From positions 32,001 through 96,000 of IMG/VR virus record IMGVR_UViG_3300046355_000213: 64,000 nt of DNA. The stretch is one strand, 5' to 3'. The stretch's first letter is position 1. Each line of letters starts with the position of its first letter. Below the pieces are notes generated by a model. It made no database searches. It was not told where the DNA came from and saw only the letters and a program-made list of their open reading frames with translations. The translations under genes and the position numbers were made by a program. This document shows, piece after piece, positions 46,911 to 57,184 of the stretch. The stretch comes from a virus.

Positions 46911-48407
46911 TTAGGATAAAGTTGCACTTACAATCGTTGGAGGCAGGCCGCATGCGTTGGTTCCACTGTTAATGGTGGTGTAAGAAGCAAATGGACATTC
47001 CTGAGCCGGTAATGTACCCACTGTAACCACTGTGCGGATCTTGTATACGTTACCTTCCACAAGGTTGATAAAGCTGTCAGATGTAACGCCCTGAGGATTA
47101 GCAAATGTTTTGCTGCCTACCTGTACGCCTGCTGCATTTTGTAACTCAACGCGGTAAGAAACATTGTTATTGATTGGTGGCTCAAAGCTGTATGAAATAA
47201 CAGTTGTGCCAGGGGTAACTACCAGGTTAGGGCAAGCATTGGTTCCTGTACCCGTGTTCTTGGTAACGGTCTTGTTACAAGTTGTACCGCTGTTGGTCAG
47301 TGATGCCTCTAAGGTAAAGTTAAGGGCTGTTGCCAGGTTAAGTGGCGTGCCTTCTAATTGAATGATCAATGGAGCACTGTTGTTGGCTGCACCAATCACG
47401 TCTATATTCACCAGGTGCTTGTTACCCAGGGCATCTGTAATAGTAAGCTTAGATCCTTGTGCCAGTGTATTAGCCCATCCTGAAGGAATAGAGCTGTAGC
47501 CAGAGAAGAATAAGTTAGCTCCTGTACCGTTGTTGATAAGCGCGACAGCAAAGTCAACAGTTACCTGTGAGCAATCTGCTTTGATCAGACCTTTAACAGT
47601 GTTAAACGCATCTCTTAAGTCACACAAAGTAAGCCAAAGGTTAGTAAGTGAATCTGCTGTTGTAGACACAGTAGTCTTCCAGCCTGGAATAGCAGCCATA
47701 GTACCTGCTTTAGATAAGGCAGGAGATGTAGATAGGTTCAAGCACTGATTGGCAGCAGCTTGAGTAAGCGCCGTAGCTGTTCCTGTTGCGTTACGTAAAG
47801 TACACAACTGGCTTTCTACGGTTAAGATAGCATTGGCTAATGTCTGAGGCGTACTTACACCTGAGCAAGTCAAGGTAACAGTGCCTGTGTTTGTAGTCGG
47901 GTTGGCAATAGCAGCTTCTAAGACAGTGATACGGTTACCGTAAGAGGTCAAAGTAGTAGTATGTGCCGTGACAGTCGTATCAATAGCACAGACCTTAAGT
48001 CCGATTACGCCTGTGTAGGCAGTGTGCTGAAGTCTGGTGATAGGATCGCCATAACTGTCTGTAGTTCTGAAGCACTGGGCAATAGTCAATAATGGATCGG
48101 GTACTGTGTCCCCGCCACCTAAGTCATTAACCAGGTCCTGGATGGTACATACTTTAGAAATCAGCAAGCTGATGATGTTCTCAACGGACATGTCAGTCAC
48201 GTTGGAGGTAGTAAGGCAGCTCAAATCAACATCCAGGTCAGCCTGACCGGAGTTCACAATGTATTGAGCCAGCTTGTACACAACATCAGAAACGGAGTCC
48301 CCGGTGCATAAATTGATACTAGGCAGGTTAGGACCTTGCCAAATAACACAATTAGATGAAACTGGAGAACACCCCTTATCTGCGGTATTGCTAAGAGTAG
48401 GTATCAT
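46911..48407 (-). CDS. Cys-rich fibre/decoration-like structural protein
   Basis: 498 aa; NCVIWQG...GDSVSDVVYKL, short coiled coils, C-terminal FN3-like LVEGNVYKIRT. Confidence 0.6.
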   Translation of the reverse strand: MIPTLSNTADKGCSPVSSNCVIWQGPNLPSINLCTGDSVSDVVYKLAQYIVNSGQADLDVDLSCLTTSNVTDMSVENIISLLISKVCTIQDLVNDLGGGDTVPDPLLTIAQCFRTTDSYGDPITRLQHTAYTGVIGLKVCAIDTTVTAHTTTLTSYGNRITVLEAAIANPTTNTGTVTLTCSGVSTPQTLANAILTVESQLCTLRNATGTATALTQAAANQCLNLSTSPALSKAGTMAAIPGWKTTVSTTADSLTNLWLTLCDLRDAFNTVKGLIKADCSQVTVDFAVALINNGTGANLFFSGYSSIPSGWANTLAQGSKLTITDALGNKHLVNIDVIGAANNSAPLIIQLEGTPLNLATALNFTLEASLTNSGTTCNKTVTKNTGTGTNACPNLVVTPGTTVISYSFEPPINNNVSYRVELQNAAGVQVGSKTFANPQGVTSDSFINLVEGNVYKIRTVVTVGTLPAQECPFASYTTINSGTNACGLPPTIVSATLS

Positions 48408-48442
48408 GGGGTAGGATAGTTAGTAACTGGACTATTTCAGTC

Positions 48443-48457
48443 TACATTATAATATAC
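48443..48457 (-). promoter_or_regulatory. putative phage late promoter
   Basis: Exact GTATATTATAATGTA upstream of ATG 48407. Confidence 0.7.
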
Positions 48458-48495
48458 CAAAACTTGGTGGTTTTTACAAATAAATGTTGACTAAC

Positions 48496-48526
48496 AAAGA
48501 AGCCCCCAGTAAAATACCAGGGGCTT
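48496..48526 (-). terminator. intrinsic terminator
   Basis: AAGCCCC/GGGGCTT stem followed on the - strand by CTTTGTT; downstream of the gene ending at 48550. Confidence 0.5.
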
Positions 48527-48549
48527 GCTTATAGGTCACGAGGAATATT

Positions 48550-49059
48550 TTATTGAGCAGGTAGTTCTGAAACTTCCTCTTCCTTGCTTCTCAAGAGTTT
48601 GAAAAACACTGGGTATGACTCGTCAGTGTTAAAGTCAAGGTGTTCAATAGTGAAGGGATAATGTGCAATCTCTTTTTCTTCTACAAGAAGCTTGTTCATC
48701 TCATCGTTAAACTCAATGAAGTTTGGGTTAAGGATTTTTACAGCCTCTCCCTTTTCGTTAAGCTCTGGCTGTCCTTCAGCATCCAGCTTGTCTTTGAATG
48801 TAGGAAGGCTAAAGCCATTGTCACTAGATTCTCCTAGCTTAGTAATAAGCTCATCGCGCATAGTGTCAATACTCTTCTTTTCAGCGCCTACAATCTCCAC
48901 TAAATTGTTTAAGTGGTAACGTACTACCATTGGTAATGGGTGGCCCATGATACCTTTGGATACTTTCTCTCTTGTCTCCGGATTAGTAACTCCGTTGATC
49001 TCACTCTCTAGGGCATAAAGCTCACCTAGAGATAACTTGGTTTTTACTGTTGTTGACAT
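48550..49059 (-). CDS. hypothetical acidic helical protein
   Basis: 169 aa with its own promoter motif and terminator; E/K-rich. Confidence 0.65.
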   Translation of the reverse strand: MSTTVKTKLSLGELYALESEINGVTNPETREKVSKGIMGHPLPMVVRYHLNNLVEIVGAEKKSIDTMRDELITKLGESSDNGFSLPTFKDKLDAEGQPELNEKGEAVKILNPNFIEFNDEMNKLLVEEKEIAHYPFTIEHLDFNTDESYPVFFKLLRSKEEEVSELPAQ

Positions 49060-49082
49060 ACGGTATGGGTTGGTTAGTTGTA

Positions 49083-49097
49083 TACATTATAATATAC
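49083..49097 (-). promoter_or_regulatory. putative phage late promoter
   Basis: Exact GTATATTATAATGTA upstream of ATG 49059. Confidence 0.7.
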
Positions 49098-49142
49098 TGA
49101 ATATTTTCAAATTCTGCAAATTATAATGTGCTAGCTCCTAGC

Positions 49143-49652
49143 CTAGCAGTCTACAACGTTCTCTTCACCAAATAGATCTACAAGCTTAGTCTTCAGGTGA
49201 GTGTAGCCAAATTCAAAAATGTCCACTCCTTCTGCAGTAGAAAGATCCGGTACAGTCTTAGTGATTGTCTCTTCGTACTCTTCTTCCTGCTGCTCGTAAG
49301 TAGTTACATCAACAATAGTTGTTGTTGAGTTTCCGTCTGCATCTGGAGCACTTTGCTGCTCTGTAGGAGTAACTACTGGAACAGCAACCATGCGAGTTCT
49401 TGTAACAGTCTCTTCTACCTGCTTTGTAAGTGGCACATAGAGATGCTCACCAATCTGCTGGTTACGTGCTATACCGGCCATCATGCCAGGCATAGAGTTT
49501 GTACCTGGAGTCGCATCTTCCTCTGATTGAAATAATTCAATACGGAAACTAGCTGAACCATATTTGTTTAATTGGTAATCCGCAATGCGTACATACGCTT
49601 CTGACGTGATACCTTTGTCTGTCCCAATTTGGGATGTAATCTTTAATGCCAT
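49143..49652 (-). CDS. hypothetical protein, probable tail-fibre accessory/chaperone
   Basis: 169 aa, acidic, at the end of the fibre operon. Confidence 0.55.
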   Translation of the reverse strand: MALKITSQIGTDKGITSEAYVRIADYQLNKYGSASFRIELFQSEEDATPGTNSMPGMMAGIARNQQIGEHLYVPLTKQVEETVTRTRMVAVPVVTPTEQQSAPDADGNSTTTIVDVTTYEQQEEEYEETITKTVPDLSTAEGVDIFEFGYTHLKTKLVDLFGEENVVDC

Positions 49653-49694
49653 GTGTTTAGGTTGTTTATAAGGGTAATTAGATTATTTAAAATA

Positions 49695-50045
49695 TTAACA
49701 GGCTCCAAAAGGTCCATACCAGTTATCTCCTTCACTTCCTGGTGGCGGTGTATTTCCATCTCTAACACAAATTGGACCTGATGATTCACCAGGAGATAGT
49801 TGAAAGCTTGCACCGTATCCGTCACATCCAACATATATAAAAGTTTCCATTGGTCCCCAAGGATCTCCAGAGTTTTGAGTTTCCCAATAGTGACAGGTTA
49901 CATTAGAATATCCGTAGAACTCACTCATAGCATCAGGAGTACTCTTACCTGCTGCAGCACTAAGAGCTCGCAGAGAATTTGATGATGAACCAAGCTCTGC
50001 TTTTATTTGGGAGATGCTTATAGCACCAGAAGATTGTAAAGCCAT
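49695..50045 (-). CDS. small fibre-tip / adhesin-like protein
   Basis: N-terminal MALQSSGAISISQIKAELG...MSEFYG is the module commonly encoded right after S74-type fibres; Cys/Gly/Trp-rich C-terminus. Confidence 0.55.
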   Translation of the reverse strand: MALQSSGAISISQIKAELGSSSNSLRALSAAAGKSTPDAMSEFYGYSNVTCHYWETQNSGDPWGPMETFIYVGCDGYGASFQLSPGESSGPICVRDGNTPPPGSEGDNWYGPFGAC

Positions 50046-50046
50046 A

Positions 50047-53000
50047 TTACTTTGCCAACAATTGTTTAACCAGGTCTTTTAGTTCTGCTATCTCTGACTG
50101 CTGAGCTTCAACTTGAACTTGCTGCTCTTTTATAGCCTCAATAAGAAGAGGAACAATCTTTTCATACTTTACAGTTAAGAAGTTCTGCCCTGACTTACTA
50201 TAGTTCTTCCCATCTTTATCATGACCTTGATCAAAAGGAGCTAACTTAACTGCTTCAGGAAGTACGGCTTGGACGTCTTGTGCAAATACCCCTGCCTCTC
50301 TTGCTTCTGTATCTGGAGTCCATCCGTGCTGACTACCTACTTCATTCCATTGATAGGTCATACCTGTTAATGAATTAACTTTTTCTAAAGCATTCTCAAT
50401 AGGTTGTACTTTATGTTTAAGACGTCTATCAGATGCGTATGCAATAATGTCGTAGTATCCTCTAAAGTTTTGATCACCATCATGGAAACTAGCTGTGATT
50501 GTACCCCAGTCAGAGTTGTTGTATATTCTTATACCGCCATAGTTCCAGTAAGCTCCCATCTTAATACCGGTATGGTAACCTATACATAAGTCAGGATAAG
50601 GATAACCCCAGGCACCACCTTGTTGATATATAGCATAACCAGGAGCACTGTTCTGTCCACTATCTCCTCCCACTCCATTAAAATATAAAGTAGTTGTATT
50701 TAAGTTAGAGCCTACAGATACATTTGTAGCTGATAAAGTACCTGAACTTGATTGTATTTGTACCGCATTACAAGAATATAAATGTGATGGATCTCCTGCA
50801 GCCCAAACAACATTGTATGATGCTGAATCTGTTCTTCCTGAATAATGATCAGTATGAGTGGCAACATTTGCCCTTCCGGTAATACTTATTCCCCAACTAC
50901 CACCATTATTCTCAACTAATCTATTACCATTAGCAAAAGCAGACCCGTTGGCAGTAATAGTACCTCTAGCCCAAATATTAGATGAAATAGCGGAATAAGT
51001 TACACCATTCACCATAACCATCATACCATGGTCATTAAGGTATCCTGCCTGCCCCCCTGCATTAGGGTGCCCCCAAGAAATACCATATAAGTTTCCAGGA
51101 GATGTTCCATCAATGGCTAGTTTATAAGCATTACCCATTGAGTAAACTCCTTGAAATCTAGTAGATGAATATACACCAACTATAGAGTTGCCATAATTAT
51201 TATCCATAATTAAGTCACCTCCACTAGTCATTCTCATAATCCAACCTCTAGAGTTATTAAGGAAGCCTATCTCATTACTGCTATTTGCGTATACGTATCC
51301 TCTATTAGTACCATTAGTGTTTAGAACTAATGAAGAAGCCCCATCACTTCCAGAACGAACATACATATCACTAGCATCTTTTGGATAAAAATGCCAGCCG
51401 TTATTAGGCCAATGGAGACCAGTGCTGTTATCCATGTGATAAGCCCAACCTGTATTTCTTGTACCATCAGACCCTGTATAAAGTCTTGTACTACCATTAA
51501 AAGATAATGTGTTTACATATGTTGTATAATTACTACTATTTAAGTAATACACCCATCCACCAAAACTACCTCCAGATATACTTCTTGTAGCTAATCTATT
51601 AGGATTATCTTCCCATCCCCATGCTACTTGTACACCCCATAAATTACTTGCATTTGTATGCCTAAAGTTTTGTTGTATCCACCAAGAACCTCCTGGACCA
51701 TTAACGCTATTAGCTCCTACATCTCCACCATAATTAGCAGTACCAGCAGGAGTAGAACTAAAGTCATTATTCCATGAACCAGTAGAACCCCTTTGATTAA
51801 TATAGTTACCACTGTTTAAATATGTTGCATAACCTGAGACATTTGTCTGATCACCTGTATTTGTACCAGAAGATGATCCGCTAAAGTTTGCTGCATTCCA
51901 GTTACCAGCATCATCTGCCCAAGCTCCCCATGCTCCCGCTTGTGTTAAGAAACCAATTCGATTAGAGTTACAATGTATTTCACGTTGCCCCTCATCACTA
52001 TCAGACATGTAAATAGAACTAGATGAACCAGCTCCTGTTACTGTAAGATATCCACCTACATTTAAACTACCAGGTGTACTTGTGTTACCTGATGCATCTA
52101 ATAATGTAAGAGTTCTAGTAAGAGAACTAAATACACCAGTATACTGTCTTACATAAATAGGTTCTGTACCATCATCAGCTGTAGCTATCTCAGCCCATCC
52201 TGCATTAGATGAACCGCCAACTCTTATTCTAAAGAAGTCATTATCTGCTACAGTTGAGTATACTAAGTTTGCCTCTGAACCACCGGCAACTGTTTGGCTA
52301 ATTGCTGCAGCTGTACCAGATGATGTTATATATCCACTAGGGTTAGTTGAATTATATGGGGTATATCCAAGAGCCGTTGTTACGTTAGCAGATGTAATAC
52401 CGGTGATGTACCCTGAAGGATTTGTATTATTATAAGGCGTGTATCCTAGAGCTGTAGTTACATCAGCAGAACTAAGTGTAATAGCACCAGTACGAGTATT
52501 GAAGCTTGTTACACCTGCAGCAATAGACCAGGATCTATCTGCAGATAAGTCATAGGCTGTGCCGTTGATTGTAATGGTTCTAGCATTAGTAACTGGCGTA
52601 TATCCCAAAGCAGTTGTTACCTGACTAGATGTAATACCTGTTAGATAAGTATTGCCATCAACAGATCCGTCAGCCTTTAGGAACTGAGCTGCCGTACCAC
52701 CACTCTTTATGAAGGATGCTGCTGTTAGGTTATTAGTAAACTCAGCATTACCTGTAGTATAAATCTTAAATCTTCCTACAGAGTTAGTGACGTCATATAC
52801 TGTAAAGGTACCATCCGTGTTACTGATGAAGTAATCCGGGTTGTTGTCCGTATCTGTAAAGTAAAGACGCGGGTTGATGCCAGATAAAGTCAGATCTCCT
52901 GTTAGTGTGCCCCCTGTTAAAGCAAGCTTTCCTCCTATAGAGGTAGCAATAGTCGTAGCAAAGTTAGGATCATCTCCCAGGGCTGCTGCCAGTTCATTAA

Positions 53001-53247
53001 GGGTATCTAACGTACTCGGAGCTGCATCTACCAGGGCCGCTATAGCTGACGTTACAGAAGCAGAAGTAGCATAGGATAGTGATCCTACATAAGTACGAAT
53101 CCACGCTGTTGTAGCCGCCTTAGCAGAGTTATCTGAGGATGCCGGTTCTGTACCCAAAGTCAATGAGCCAGGTATCACAATGTGACCATCATCATCGTAG
53201 GTGACAATGTTGTATAGGTGGGAGGTTTTCCTACTCTTGTTCATCAT
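50047..53247 (-). CDS. tail fibre with C-terminal intramolecular chaperone (peptidase S74)
   Basis: 1066 aa; APSTLDTLNELAAALGDDPNF fibre motif; VTTALGYTP repeats; SDRRLK...IENALEKV...GVFAQDV...PEAV...YEKIVPLLIEAIKE. Confidence 0.9.
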   Translation of the reverse strand: MMNKSRKTSHLYNIVTYDDDGHIVIPGSLTLGTEPASSDNSAKAATTAWIRTYVGSLSYATSASVTSAIAALVDAAPSTLDTLNELAAALGDDPNFATTIATSIGGKLALTGGTLTGDLTLSGINPRLYFTDTDNNPDYFISNTDGTFTVYDVTNSVGRFKIYTTGNAEFTNNLTAASFIKSGGTAAQFLKADGSVDGNTYLTGITSSQVTTALGYTPVTNARTITINGTAYDLSADRSWSIAAGVTSFNTRTGAITLSSADVTTALGYTPYNNTNPSGYITGITSANVTTALGYTPYNSTNPSGYITSSGTAAAISQTVAGGSEANLVYSTVADNDFFRIRVGGSSNAGWAEIATADDGTEPIYVRQYTGVFSSLTRTLTLLDASGNTSTPGSLNVGGYLTVTGAGSSSSIYMSDSDEGQREIHCNSNRIGFLTQAGAWGAWADDAGNWNAANFSGSSSGTNTGDQTNVSGYATYLNSGNYINQRGSTGSWNNDFSSTPAGTANYGGDVGANSVNGPGGSWWIQQNFRHTNASNLWGVQVAWGWEDNPNRLATRSISGGSFGGWVYYLNSSNYTTYVNTLSFNGSTRLYTGSDGTRNTGWAYHMDNSTGLHWPNNGWHFYPKDASDMYVRSGSDGASSLVLNTNGTNRGYVYANSSNEIGFLNNSRGWIMRMTSGGDLIMDNNYGNSIVGVYSSTRFQGVYSMGNAYKLAIDGTSPGNLYGISWGHPNAGGQAGYLNDHGMMVMVNGVTYSAISSNIWARGTITANGSAFANGNRLVENNGGSWGISITGRANVATHTDHYSGRTDSASYNVVWAAGDPSHLYSCNAVQIQSSSGTLSATNVSVGSNLNTTTLYFNGVGGDSGQNSAPGYAIYQQGGAWGYPYPDLCIGYHTGIKMGAYWNYGGIRIYNNSDWGTITASFHDGDQNFRGYYDIIAYASDRRLKHKVQPIENALEKVNSLTGMTYQWNEVGSQHGWTPDTEAREAGVFAQDVQAVLPEAVKLAPFDQGHDKDGKNYSKSGQNFLTVKYEKIVPLLIEAIKEQQVQVEAQQSEIAELKDLVKQLLAK

Positions 53248-53265
53248 AACTAATTCAGTATAGGG

Positions 53266-53280
53266 TACATTATAATATAC
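53266..53280 (-). promoter_or_regulatory. putative phage late promoter
   Basis: Exact GTATATTATAATGTA upstream of ATG 53247. Confidence 0.7.
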
Positions 53281-53304
53281 CTAAAAATGTTGTACTTATC
53301 GTTA

Positions 53305-55173
53305 TTACTCTAATCTTAAGAAATAAATGGTTCCGTATGCTGTATTACCACCGCTGTAATATGAGGTACATCTTACTAATAAAGAATAAGTACCGTTAGC
53401 ACTGCTAGTAGTAAACTCAAAACCACCAGTGTTCCATCCGTTATCTTGATAACTAACTACTCCAAAATTGGATACACCATAACCAGGAGAAGTCATAGCC
53501 ATCATATAGTTGGCTGTATCTTTAGAAGCTGCATCTCCAAGTGTTACCCAGAAATAGCCTTTAACATCATTGATGTTTGATAATATAGTTCGCCAGTTAT
53601 TATCGCATGGAGATGTTATATTAATACTACTATAACCTAAAGGAATACCGCCTGCAGATGGAGAACCTGCAGACACACTTGCCCATCCTTCAGGCTTTAA
53701 GTTTCTTCCAAATACAGTATCTGTAGAATAAATATTTCCCGATACTTGGAGTCTATGAGAGGGAGATGCTGTTCCTATACCTACGTTAGCTACACCATTT
53801 ACAACTAATGCAGTAGCATTTACCTGCCCTCCACCTGGACTATAAACCTGTAAAGCTAAATAATCACTTCCGCTAGAAGTGCTTCCAGTATGCTGGAACT
53901 GATAAGCAAATCTACTAGAATCATATATTAATCCAGTTGCAACTTTTCTGTTCCAAGCAAGTGAGGCGCTACCTATTGATACTTTTTCTGTTTGGGGTCC
54001 AAATACAACCTCGCCAGCTACATCTAATTTGTCTGTTGGTGAAATTGTTCCAATACCAATATTACCACCTACTGGGTTTAAAAGTAGATTATAAGAAGTT
54101 GCTGCATCGTTACGCATTTGTTGAATCCAACCTGTTCCACTATTACCATCTAAGCCAAAATACATTCCCCACAACGTGTTTGCAGATGATAAAAGTAAAT
54201 TCGAGCTTGTATTATTACTACCTAGTATTGGATATCCACCATTTATAGCAGACTGTAATAATGTTTTTGGTGAGCTTGTTCCTATACCAACTTTACCGTC
54301 ACTATGAATACGCATATGCTCAGAGCCATCAATTCCTAGTTTTATAGGTTGTCCGTATGAAGTAATTAACATAGGTCTTCCACCACTACTTTCAATTCGG
54401 TTATGAACCGTGTCCCATTGACCAAACTGCAGGTTACCTCCGGTAGAACTCTGGATTCTAAAAGCAGTCTCTGAAGTATATAGATGAAGTAACCCTGTTG
54501 GACTACTTGTTCCTATGCCTACATTGCCACCAAAAGGGTTAATAGCCGTAGTAACGTTACCAAGAGAGTTAATCCCCATGTAATTACCGCTTCTACCCCA
54601 CCAGATGTCACCTTTGATGGTAGTATTATCATAGAGTCTTACAAAAGGATCTCCGCTAGTAATTGTAGAAACTCCAATACCTCTGCTACCTGTACCGCTA
54701 ATCATTAACTGTTCGTTAGTTAACGACCCTAAATAAAGATTAGTAGCAGTGACTGAACTAGAAAACGTGGCTGCACGATTAGCTGCTATAGTAAGAGCAG
54801 CACTTCCTCCATTTTCAATATGGAGATCAGAGCCGTTTGAGTAAATTGTAGCATACGTAGTAGACCCATTATTAGACTGAAAACGTAATGCAGAATAATT
54901 ATCTCCACTTCTACCTCTTAAAGCTATTGCTGTAGAAGAAGAAGGAGCAATAACTGATAATGTGTCAGTAAACGTAGCACTTGTACCAGATAAAGAACCA
55001 GTTAACGTACCACCTGATAAAGGAAGCTTAGTAGCTACCTGAGTACCTACATAAGACTGTGTAGCATAGGTTGCACCACCCGGACCTATAAGAGATCCGG
55101 TTAACACAATGTTACCGCTACCATCTACTGAGAGGTAATTAATAAGAGAGGCAAGGTTTGTATTCTTTGACAT
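53305..55173 (-). CDS. tail fibre protein
   Basis: 622 aa; four GNVGIGTxSP-type repeats; LPLSGGTLTG. Confidence 0.8.
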   Translation of the reverse strand: MSKNTNLASLINYLSVDGSGNIVLTGSLIGPGGATYATQSYVGTQVATKLPLSGGTLTGSLSGTSATFTDTLSVIAPSSSTAIALRGRSGDNYSALRFQSNNGSTTYATIYSNGSDLHIENGGSAALTIAANRAATFSSSVTATNLYLGSLTNEQLMISGTGSRGIGVSTITSGDPFVRLYDNTTIKGDIWWGRSGNYMGINSLGNVTTAINPFGGNVGIGTSSPTGLLHLYTSETAFRIQSSTGGNLQFGQWDTVHNRIESSGGRPMLITSYGQPIKLGIDGSEHMRIHSDGKVGIGTSSPKTLLQSAINGGYPILGSNNTSSNLLLSSANTLWGMYFGLDGNSGTGWIQQMRNDAATSYNLLLNPVGGNIGIGTISPTDKLDVAGEVVFGPQTEKVSIGSASLAWNRKVATGLIYDSSRFAYQFQHTGSTSSGSDYLALQVYSPGGGQVNATALVVNGVANVGIGTASPSHRLQVSGNIYSTDTVFGRNLKPEGWASVSAGSPSAGGIPLGYSSINITSPCDNNWRTILSNINDVKGYFWVTLGDAASKDTANYMMAMTSPGYGVSNFGVVSYQDNGWNTGGFEFTTSSANGTYSLLVRCTSYYSGGNTAYGTIYFLRLE

Positions 55174-55188
55174 GTGTTATTTAGCTAA

Positions 55189-56820
55189 TTATAAAAACTG
55201 TACAATGATATCATCAGGATTAATCTGATAACCGTTACCACATGAAATATCCACAGTTACTGATGGGTGTATCATATATACTCCTGAAAAAGTCCATGTT
55301 GCTCCTTGCGTTCCTCCATCTGGCGAAGCTGCAGTTAAAGACATAGATGGGCCATTACCAGCATTTATAGAATTAACATGACTACTAAACCCAGGGTTAG
55401 AATAATAAGCTCCTGCGGTATGATATGATCCACCTGCAGATGCTAACTTAATATCATAAGTAACAGAGCCCCAGTCACGTTTATTAAAGATTACTTTAAC
55501 TTGATTAAAACCTCCTGCTTGTCCATGGACAGTCATTACTTTTCTCCAAGTCTGGGAATAATTAGAAATAGCAACAGGTCCTACAACATGAAGTCTGGCA
55601 GCAGGGCTTGTAATACCTACACCTACGTTGCCTCCATTAGTAATCCGCATACGTTCGCCATTAGTAAAATTTGCTGCATTGGTAACAAAAAGAATATCAG
55701 CAGCTTGAGCTGAAGCTAAAGCAATAGCATTGTTAGAAGTGCTTATTCCATCTGTTCCCAACCAGTTAGCTTGACCTAGGTAAAGTCTAACACCTCCACT
55801 ATTTGATATATTAATTCCACCACCACCCGTTCTTCCACTGTCAAAACGAGCAATAGAGCCTCCTGAAGTATAAATATCTAGGGGGAATCCTGGTGTAGTA
55901 GTTCCAATACCTACATTACCTTGACCGTTTACCGTAAAGTAAGTAACATTATTAGCTTGGTTATTTACTCTGAAAGCTACATCATTTAAGTTAGTGCCCC
56001 CTCTAACAATCATACCAAAGGAACCACTAGCAGTACTATGGGCGGTAGCAGAAATTGCCCAGTTGTTAGCAATACCTTGAACCTCCAATCTATTGCTTGC
56101 GTCTGTTGTTGTACCTAGTAATAAATTACCTAGCCCATTAATTCTAAACCTTTCAGCAGTTGTGCCGCCTCCGTCACTTACCAGGAATCTGATATTATTG
56201 TTAACTGAACTACCATCTGAGTGAGTGTGAGCAATTTGATGCTTTCTTACTGTAGCATAGCCAGCCTCGGTAAATGTCATATCTCCAGTAATATGAAGCT
56301 GACTTTGTGGATTAATTAGACCTATACCAACATTATTAGCGTTAGTAATAACCATCCCAATACTGCCTGCTACATAGTTATAAAACTGTAAATACCCTGT
56401 TGAGGTGTTGTACGCTATATTAAATTTGTTTACATCAGACTGCTGAAAAACTAAAGAAGACTGACTGGCTGAGTTAAGCCAAATCTCATTTTGAAATTTA
56501 GCTGCTCCGTTAACATCAAGCTTATATCCAGGAGAAGTTTGTCCTATACCTACATTTCCGGTGGTTCCATTAATGACAATACCTAAAGCAAGACCTCTTA
56601 GATGCAGATCATGATAGGTACCTCCTGTCTGTTTATAGGATACTATTTGAGCAATGTTATCAGAGTCCTGTATAACCACCCCCGCTGTAGTCATGTCAAA
56701 GGCTCCTTGACCTACTGTATGTAAGGCTCTTTGTGGGGCAGTAGTACCTATACCAATCCTACCTGATGAATCTACATTCAGGAAGTTAGTCAGGCTATAT
56801 AGGTTAGATATCTTTGTCAT
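55189..56820 (-). CDS. tail fibre protein
   Basis: 543 aa; about six GNVGIG-type repeats. Confidence 0.8.
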   Translation of the reverse strand: MTKISNLYSLTNFLNVDSSGRIGIGTTAPQRALHTVGQGAFDMTTAGVVIQDSDNIAQIVSYKQTGGTYHDLHLRGLALGIVINGTTGNVGIGQTSPGYKLDVNGAAKFQNEIWLNSASQSSLVFQQSDVNKFNIAYNTSTGYLQFYNYVAGSIGMVITNANNVGIGLINPQSQLHITGDMTFTEAGYATVRKHQIAHTHSDGSSVNNNIRFLVSDGGGTTAERFRINGLGNLLLGTTTDASNRLEVQGIANNWAISATAHSTASGSFGMIVRGGTNLNDVAFRVNNQANNVTYFTVNGQGNVGIGTTTPGFPLDIYTSGGSIARFDSGRTGGGGINISNSGGVRLYLGQANWLGTDGISTSNNAIALASAQAADILFVTNAANFTNGERMRITNGGNVGVGITSPAARLHVVGPVAISNYSQTWRKVMTVHGQAGGFNQVKVIFNKRDWGSVTYDIKLASAGGSYHTAGAYYSNPGFSSHVNSINAGNGPSMSLTAASPDGGTQGATWTFSGVYMIHPSVTVDISCGNGYQINPDDIIVQFL

Positions 56821-56823
56821 GGG

Positions 56824-57183
56824 TTATTTAGTAAATGTTTGTGCTATCCAGGATAAAGTAGCTTCATCCCAAGTGTAAGAATTATCAACATCATCAGGAC
56901 AAGGTGTTGGTGGATTCCACATACATGTTTCATCATTCAGTATCCAAGACGGATAAGGTTGAGGAGGAATAAAAGCATCTAAAGCCTCATCATAAGAATA
57001 ACCTACAGCTGCGTAATTTTTTCTTAACGGAGTTCCTCCCAAAACATGTATACCTTCTCTTGTATTATAAGATGTCTGAATCCACATAGTTGTGTCTCCA
57101 ACCGCTCCTGAGTCAATAAATTCTTGATCAGCCACAATGACTTGCGTAACTATTCCATTTTCTATTTTTGCAAAGTGTGCCAT
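56824..57183 (-). CDS. tail-fibre assembly/chaperone-like protein
   Basis: MAHFAKIENG...WIQTSYN...RKNYA.VGYSYD..LDAFIPPQPYPSW family typically follows glycine-rich fibres; start at ATG 57183, just after the upstream stop. Confidence 0.65.
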   Translation of the reverse strand: MAHFAKIENGIVTQVIVADQEFIDSGAVGDTTMWIQTSYNTREGIHVLGGTPLRKNYAAVGYSYDEALDAFIPPQPYPSWILNDETCMWNPPTPCPDDVDNSYTWDEATLSWIAQTFTK

Positions 57184-57184
57184 A

